A stretch of DNA of 64,000 nt from Amphiscolops sp. MND2022. Its lineage: Eukaryota. The translations under genes were made by a program, and so were the position numbers. Positions 57,337-64,000 of the stretch are shown one piece after another (within the stretch, counting starts at the first letter, position 1; each line of letters starts with the position of its first letter). Under the pieces are notes generated by a model. It was not told the DNA's origin and did not search any database. It saw only the letters and a list, made by a program, of their open reading frames with translations. The stretch lies in assembly GCA_964187785.1 (NCBI GenBank), contig OZ076409.1:45076001-45140000 (forward strand), read 5' to 3'.

Positions 57337-57466
57337 TACTGTGAGTGAATGTCCAGTATTCCCTCCATTCTGGTACTCCTTCAATGAGAGGAGTCTCGCT
57401 GATGTCAGTGTAGCCTTCTGTCGAAACGTCAGAAGGTTTGTGATAAAATATTTTACCTTGTGTCAT
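57337..57466 (-). CDS. Candidate upstream exon of the minus-strand gene (MTQG...GYTDISETPLIEGVPEWREYWTFTHS)
   Basis: ATG at 57466, open frame, strong GTAAGT donor at 57336. Phase 1 is compatible with the exon ending at 37738. Confidence 0.4.
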
Positions 57467-58583
57467 AGCAAACGCTCAAAACTAATTTAACGCACAGAGA
57501 TAATTGAAAAGAATTATAATTTCATGTATTAGAAGTACCGTGGATGTACTGTGAAGGTATTTTAACAAAAGATCTCATACCACCAATGAAGTCAAAAACG
57601 AAGTGTTTTCAAATGCAATGTAACTTCGAGTATAACATGAGAGACCAAACAATCGAAGAAAAGTAGCCAATACAATTTGATGCTTCTACGCCGAGACGAA
57701 AGTTCAATCCAAGCGTGAAAAATTATTTTGCAAAAAATATAAAAGCCGTTCATTATATCTCAATAATGTCGATTGCAACCCCAGAATTTCATGAATCTTG
57801 TTTTTTCCTGAAAAGCAATAGTGCTTGAGAACCTTGTAGGATCTTTTAACTAAACTACTGCTGGAGAGACAATTTTTCATAAATGTTTTGAAGATATCTT
57901 GATCTTTTAAAAGATCACGATATCTTCAAAACATTCATGAAAAATTGTCTTCCAATTGTGATTCCAAGCATCCAATCCTCAAGTATAAAATGCAAACTGA
58001 TCTGAATAAAGCGAGATAAATAAAGTCTTTGGTAGTAATGAAATCGAATCAGCACAAAATCAGTACTGGCACATATCCAAGTAAATTTACAAACAATTAA
58101 CTTCAAGGTTTCGGCTGCCGATTTTGAAAGTTATCCACCAAAAACGTTGGTGAGTCGCTGTCGATTTCACGAGAACATGAACAAAACCACTCTGCAAGAC
58201 ACCTAGAAATCAGAGCTTTTTCAAAGTTATTTTCATGCAGAATCAGAATTTTGAAATTCGTGATAATACCGTGCTGCTCTTTGTGTGAATTGGAAAAAAA
58301 ACATTTGAGGGAATTTCGATTTTCAAAGAATTTTGGTGTCGATATAAAAAATTATGATAATACTGAAACATTTGCAGCCTACATGTGGCTTAAAGTCCAA
58401 ATAAGTATTTTGAAAATGAAAAAGAAGACCCATTGCCATTGAATGATTTTGACATTATGGCAAAGAGATTTTGGCATTCAGCAAAATTTGGTTATTTAGA
58501 CTGAATTAAAAAACGACGATAAGCCAATATAACAGTCGCGCTTACATTCTTAAACTACTCTCTCAACGATAGAAAAACAGCAT

Positions 58584-60667
58584 TGTGATAGATTGACATT
58601 GAAAGTTAGACGAAACGCATATGTGTGAACATTTTATTTACACCTGTCAACAATGTTAGATATCGATAAAGTTCAAATATTCATTTGCTGTTGGCGCTGC
58701 CATCAAGATGGCGCTGCCAGCAAATACAGCGTCTCCCCAGAGAGATAACCACCCCTCGTTATTGCTTGGGTTGCCTTTATTTTGGTCTGACCCCACGAAA
58801 TCCCGATCAATGGAATGGGGGAGATGATTTGACCTCTTCACTGTGGCTGTCATGGCCAAGTATTCTATCTCTGTCGAGGAACTGACCAGAACGGTGGACG
58901 CCGATCACCCTAGGGTAAAGGCACTAATTGGGGATATGGCGGAAGAAGCAGCAGAGAAGAAAGAGGTAACCTGGCTGTTCCTTTCGGTGGGAGAACCTGC
59001 GAGAAAGATGTTCAAGGACAAATATTCAGAAGTTTCTGTTTGGACCCTTCGAGCACAAGAAATGATAGATAGATGCGTAACTTGCCTCCATGTTGCCCGC
59101 AATAGAACGTTGGACAGGCACAAATTTTTATCAAGAAAGCAACAACCGGACGAATTGTTGCAATAATTCTGGCATTCGCTTAATGGCCTGGCGTCTAGAT
59201 GTGAATTGGGTGAAATTACCCAAACACTACTGCACAAAGTGTTTATCTTCAATATGAAAGATACGAAGGTGCAGGAGAAATTGTGTACAAATCCTTACGA
59301 GAATCCGCAAGACGCCCTTCAGTATGCCATTTCCTACGAAGGATATCAAGAGACAGAAGTCAATGGGCGTGGGACTGGCAGAAAGTTCGAAAGTGGCAAT
59401 AAAGAGTGAGATGGTATATGCTGTGGACAGAGTAAACGAAAGAGAATGCTCTCGTTGCGGTGTAGGGAACTTTACTATTCAACATATAAAGAGATGCCCG
59501 GCCACCAACCATAAATGCGAATATTGTGACATCATGGGCCATATGGAAAACTGTTGCAATCAGAAATATCCCGAGAGAAAACAACAAATGAAACAACTAC
59601 GTATCGGAAGACTCAGAAGAACTAGAAGACGATGAAATAGTACTGCAAGTAGAAGGGAGTAGCGTGAGACCATTCATGATGGAAGGCCTGATGTGCGGTA
59701 ACAAATTCAAAGCAATTATCGACACTGGATCACCAATCTCTATCTTTGCAGTTGATGAGCTAAAGAAAATCATCGGAGAACACTGAGTTGTTGTAAAAAA
59801 AATCGACAATGAGAGATTTGTGGCTTTTAACAGACGCCCTCTATCACTACTGGAATACATGTTTGTTAGCGTACAAGTGGGAAAAACAAGAATGTCAAAA
59901 GGGAGAGTGCTGGTTGCGAAGAAGGGATCGAAGTCCATTGTCGGCTGTGATTGTTTTACAGCACTAAAGTATAACATTGAGCAACCAATTGCGAAAGGTG
60001 AGGATCCAGTAAATAGCATTTCCTGGGAAAGCTCATAACCTGAGAATAAGCTAAGTCCGGACGCGAAGCAATTAGTTGAAGAGTTTTCAAATCTAGAGAC
60101 GCGGTAGAGTAAACAATTATAAAATTGAAATAGAAATGAAAGACAGCACGCGCGTAACTCAGCAAAAGGTTTGGAGAATTCCAATACAGCTGCAAGAACA
60201 AGTTGACCAAGAAATCAAAAACCTACTAAAACAGGGGCATATCGAAAAAGTAAATAGCCTGAAAGACGACGTTTTCAAACAACCCGTGGTAGTAACAGTT
60301 TAAAAAGACCGGTCTGTAAAATTGACCCCAGATTCGCGCGCGTTAAGTAACTCAATTGCAAAAGACAAGTACCAAATGCCAAATCTTGAAATTTTTCCGA
60401 AAGAATCTGAAACTGAAAAACATTAAAACCTTTGAGAGTCATGTAATCTGAAATGAATACCAGTGATAACAATACCTGTACAACATAAAGAACTCAGATT
60501 GATGAAAAAAAAAGTAACACAAGTTTTGTCTAAAAAATGGGGAGTGTGATAGATTGACATTGAAAGTTAGACAAAACGAATATGTGTGAACATTTTATTT
60601 ACTAACACCTGTCAACAATGTTAGATATCAATAAAGTTCAGATATTCATTTGCTGTTGCCTTTTACA
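58584..60667 (+). mobile_element. Decayed, internally deleted Mag-like Ty3/gypsy element with short LTRs (58584-58691, 60545-60667)
   Basis: LTR TGTGATAGATTGAC...; PBS TGGCGCTG at 58692; purine tract AAAAAATGGGGAG before the 3' LTR. Gag remnants RKQQPDE...LASRCELG and CSRCG...HIKRCPA...CEYCDIMGHMENCC; PR IIDTGSPISI; RT start (IPIQLQEQVDQEI...DKYQMPNLE). Many stops and frameshifts; no TSD recovered. Confidence 0.85.
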
Positions 60668-62129
60668 TTGCTATCTAGTTGCTAATTCATTCTTCATCAT
60701 CTATTTCTGCTTTTATTCTCAATGTCTACTTCAATAAGCATTCTTTTCACAGAACCGTGAGGTTTTTATGAAAAGAAAGTTTCTGAATTAAACCAAAAAG
60801 TGTCAATAAATTTTTTGCGCAATTTTCGTAGTGTATTGGCTACGCTCGAGCCCCAAAAGTATAGTGTCGCTAAAATAGCAGAAAATATTCCGGTGCTCAG
60901 CAGTAACAGTTACCGTACGAAATTTTGTGCTCTCATCATAAAGGAATGTTTTGGGAATGGTCAAAACGTAATTTGATGTCAGTTCCATTGATTGAAATTT
61001 TATTTTTAAAAGGTAAGGGGGGAATGATGAAGAATAACCCAAGTTTTATTTTTGACCTTTTTTCGGGTCTTTCCTTTTCCTCGAAGAGTTTCTTTATAAT
61101 TTACACTGCTTTATAATTTACACACACTTTATAATTTACACTACGTTTTTTCGATAAATCGTAAAACAATTTTTTCACACTATTTTCATGACATCACAAA
61201 ACTTAGCGTGATCAGAAACTAGGTTATCATTCACTTCCGAATTTTCGATGTTGAGGGTCAAAGAAATACTGCAACTTTCTATTGCTAAAAGTTCGCGTCT
61301 CTTTCACATTAAAAATATCAATCATAATTGCGTCAGTTGAAAGATGAGCCCAGAATTGTACATATAAAGATAAAAGACTAAGGTCATAGAGTCGAAGATA
61401 TTGATGGAATCTGTTTTGGATTCCTTGGATTCCATCTAACGTTCAATTCAGACTCGATCAAGGTTTCAAATCCTCACAGCAAATTTTGTTCGCTACGGGT
61501 TATGGCGCGGTAGCTGACTCCAATGGTACAATGGTATGTTCTTCTCATTGTGAATTTGGATAATTTTTTTCTTCATTGTTCAGTCAGACGTGTGAATGGA
61601 ATTGAATTTTAAAATCACGTGCTCTTTAATGCCGCCAACAACGATTCAATAGAAGTCGATTGAGATACTTGGACTTGCATAAAAAGTTAGTTTTGTCATT
61701 ACCGTAGCTTCACTCTAAGAAAATGTGAAAAGCTTAAACCTTTATGGTTAAGAGTACTTTTGAAACTATGGATGAAATTTTTCCACACAGATTCATCTCT
61801 CAAAGATTGAATCATTTTATTGTTGAATTGCGTTTCTGTTGTGAAATTTTCAACTCGGATATATTTCTGGTGATTGAACCAGACTTTTAAACAGGGTACA
61901 ACTTACAAAATCATTTAGTGGCCCAAAAATCATAGAATTACGAAATCAATTGTTGCATGAAGCATCCTATTGTGAAAGCGTGTTTGACATCGCTAATCGC
62001 ATGTTTTTTCGCTAACCGCTTAAACCGCTAAGTTGCAAGTAGCTATTTTGGTGAAAATTTTTCTCAAAACTATCAAATGTTTGACATCAAGTTTATATAA
62101 TTGCAAGCAGTAATCGGCCGATTAACGCA

Positions 62130-62714
62130 TTTGTCTTGAGTTTCCTCCTCGTCCTCGTTCTCGTCTTTAATTAGGTTTCAGGGGAACGCGTCTCTAGAGC
62201 TACTCCTGAACTTGCGGTTAAAGGCATCTTCAGGTCTATGTTCCGGTCCCTCAGCCGGGACATTCCATCCTTTACGATGTACCTGTCCTTGTCCGGACCT
62301 AAGAGTAGCTTGAATCTGAGGTAAAACGTGTTAATTAATAGCTTCACTTATGGCTCTCTGAAATTGTGTGCTCACGCTACTCATCAGGTCATTCATTTCT
62401 TGATCGATCCTTTTATTCAATTCCCCTGACTGTCTAATAATTTCGCTACTAGAATCCGCTTCTCTCAAATTTTGGCCGTTTCCGGCAAAGCCCCTAATTT
62501 CATTCCCTCTAGAATTAGAGTGGGAATACAAAGTGTGGTTTGTAAAGGCATTATAACTAGGAGATTCTGGCCTTCGGACTGAATTGGTAAGTTCGCATTC
62601 CTCTCTTTTGTAGTGATTGCTATCTAGCATTATTTGCATGTTTTCTGTATCTGGTTACATATCAGTTTCTCCTGACTTCCTAGCTTTACTTTTCTGCTTT
62701 CTTGTAGTAGGCAT
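62130..62714 (-). pseudogene. Degenerate gag-N-terminus-like remnant (MPTTRKQK...ELNKRIDQEMNDLMSSVSTQFQRAISEAIN)
   Basis: ATG at 62714, a start motif resembling MSTTRSQK of the neighbouring gag, a coiled-coil-like segment and internal stops. Confidence 0.4.
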
Positions 62715-64000
62715 GGAGAATATCCAATAATAATATTCGAAATATTTTATCGGAAAGTTAGAACTTCATAAACGTCTTGAACACAGGTAAGTTTGGAAAC
62801 ATTGTGTCAAGCTTAAGGAGTTGGAGCCATTTCCATTTTTTACATATCATCAATTGATTAGTAAATACATCAACTGAAAGAAAATCACATGAATCCTGGC
62901 TATTGCATTCTTGAAAGGTCACCTGACCGTCAACGGCAAGGAACATCAACATAACGGGGAATACTCAAAATTGCTACATAACATTTTGGAAGCAACTTCA
63001 AACAAAACAATTTATCGCTCTCAATCAAAACAAACTCTTAGGGTGTCAATGAATGGTGAAAGGAATCAAATAAATGCATCATCAACATCAAGCACGCGCT
63101 AACACGCGAGACATAGTTGGTTATAAAAACAGAGCGTACTTCAAATTACATTGTTTGGAATATTGGATTAATTATTGAAATCTTGTTTGTTAATGCCCCG
63201 ACGGATTTATTGCCTCCTGAAAAGATTTCGTATTTTCAGTGTAAAGATTGATAGGTAGTTATTGTTTCGGTAATCATTTCGGACCGAACTATTTTACGAG
63301 GTGGCTCTTTTTCTCAGAAGTGACGAAACGTTTTTGAGGCACAAGTTGCTCATGCAGCGTAAGTAAAAATCTTCATTTTCGAATCGATGATCGCTTTGTC
63401 TTGTTCACACAAGTGTGAAACGAAGCTGACTATTGCTTTCTGACATGACTACTATTTTCTGTGCAAACATGCGAGCAATACGTTTTAATATGGGAAGTAA
63501 ATTATTTCTGCGTAGGTGGATATTCTGTGCTAAACTTTTGGGGGACAGATAAATTTTTCGCTGATAGGCTGGTGGGGGGGCATTAGCGAACAAGATCCAA
63601 TTATTGTTGTAGCCTAATACAGCCAATATTCACGATATTGCATTTCAAATAATAGCCGGAATAGGTCCGAGGAAATAATAGCTTCATAAGTACAATAATG
63701 ACAACAAAACAATTATTGGCCGAAACCGGCCAGTTGCCTAATTATAACCACACAACATTATGGTCAAATGGCCGTGATCAGCGATCAATATTACCACCAG
63801 AGTATATGAAGCGCTGTGATTGGCTATTTGTTTGCCAGAAAGTCTCGCTGCCGTGAAAGTACGGCAGCTCATTTGAACTCGTTTCCGTGCTTCTACGCAG
63901 TAATTCACTTTCGCATTGCATTGTAATTTTACATTTCAAGAATTCCCTCATCAAGGCGGATTATCTAGCAACCGTTAACAGACTAATTGCACATAACATC

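Noticed and set aside
58579..60672. TSD for the Mag-like element
   Set aside because: The flanks AGCAT and TTGCT do not match as direct repeats.
61092..61142. CTTTATAATTTACAC repeated three times
   Set aside because: A trivial local tandem duplication.

Overview
This is an AT-rich eukaryotic (animal-like) window with spliceosomal introns, dominated by mobile DNA. (1) 109-19873 is one giant palindromic element with Polinton/Maverick-type ends (5'-AGTAGT...ACTACT-3', 6-bp TSD CACGCG). Its arms are about 8-10 kb and carry a 166-bp satellite, four outward-facing tRNA-like Pol III units, a PC4-like ORF, an HUH-motif ORF and small orphan ORFs. A truncated adenain-like protease lies in the central loop. 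I see no pPolB, integrase, ATPase or capsid gene. The centre contains a 200-N gap with a duplicated overlap, and two related 9-bp-TSD MITEs sit in the right arm only. (2) Three compact plus-strand host genes follow: intronless SMARCAL1, a 251-aa PWWP+IBD LEDGF/HDGFL2-like gene, and RPL17 with a GC-AG intron. (3) A multi-exon minus-strand gene of unknown function has introns filled with HINE/DINE-like Helentron derivatives. (4) 41019-57240 is a young 16.2-kb Ty3/gypsy element with 2515-bp LTRs and TSD GTAGG. Its gag starts inside the LTR. Between pol and the 3' LTR it carries a predicted 7-exon antisense gene (~1094 aa, hAT-transposase-like) and a divergent sense ORF around a CRE-repeat region. 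(5) A decayed Mag-like gypsy element and a gag remnant lie near the end. All homology calls are motif recognition by eye; no searches were run.
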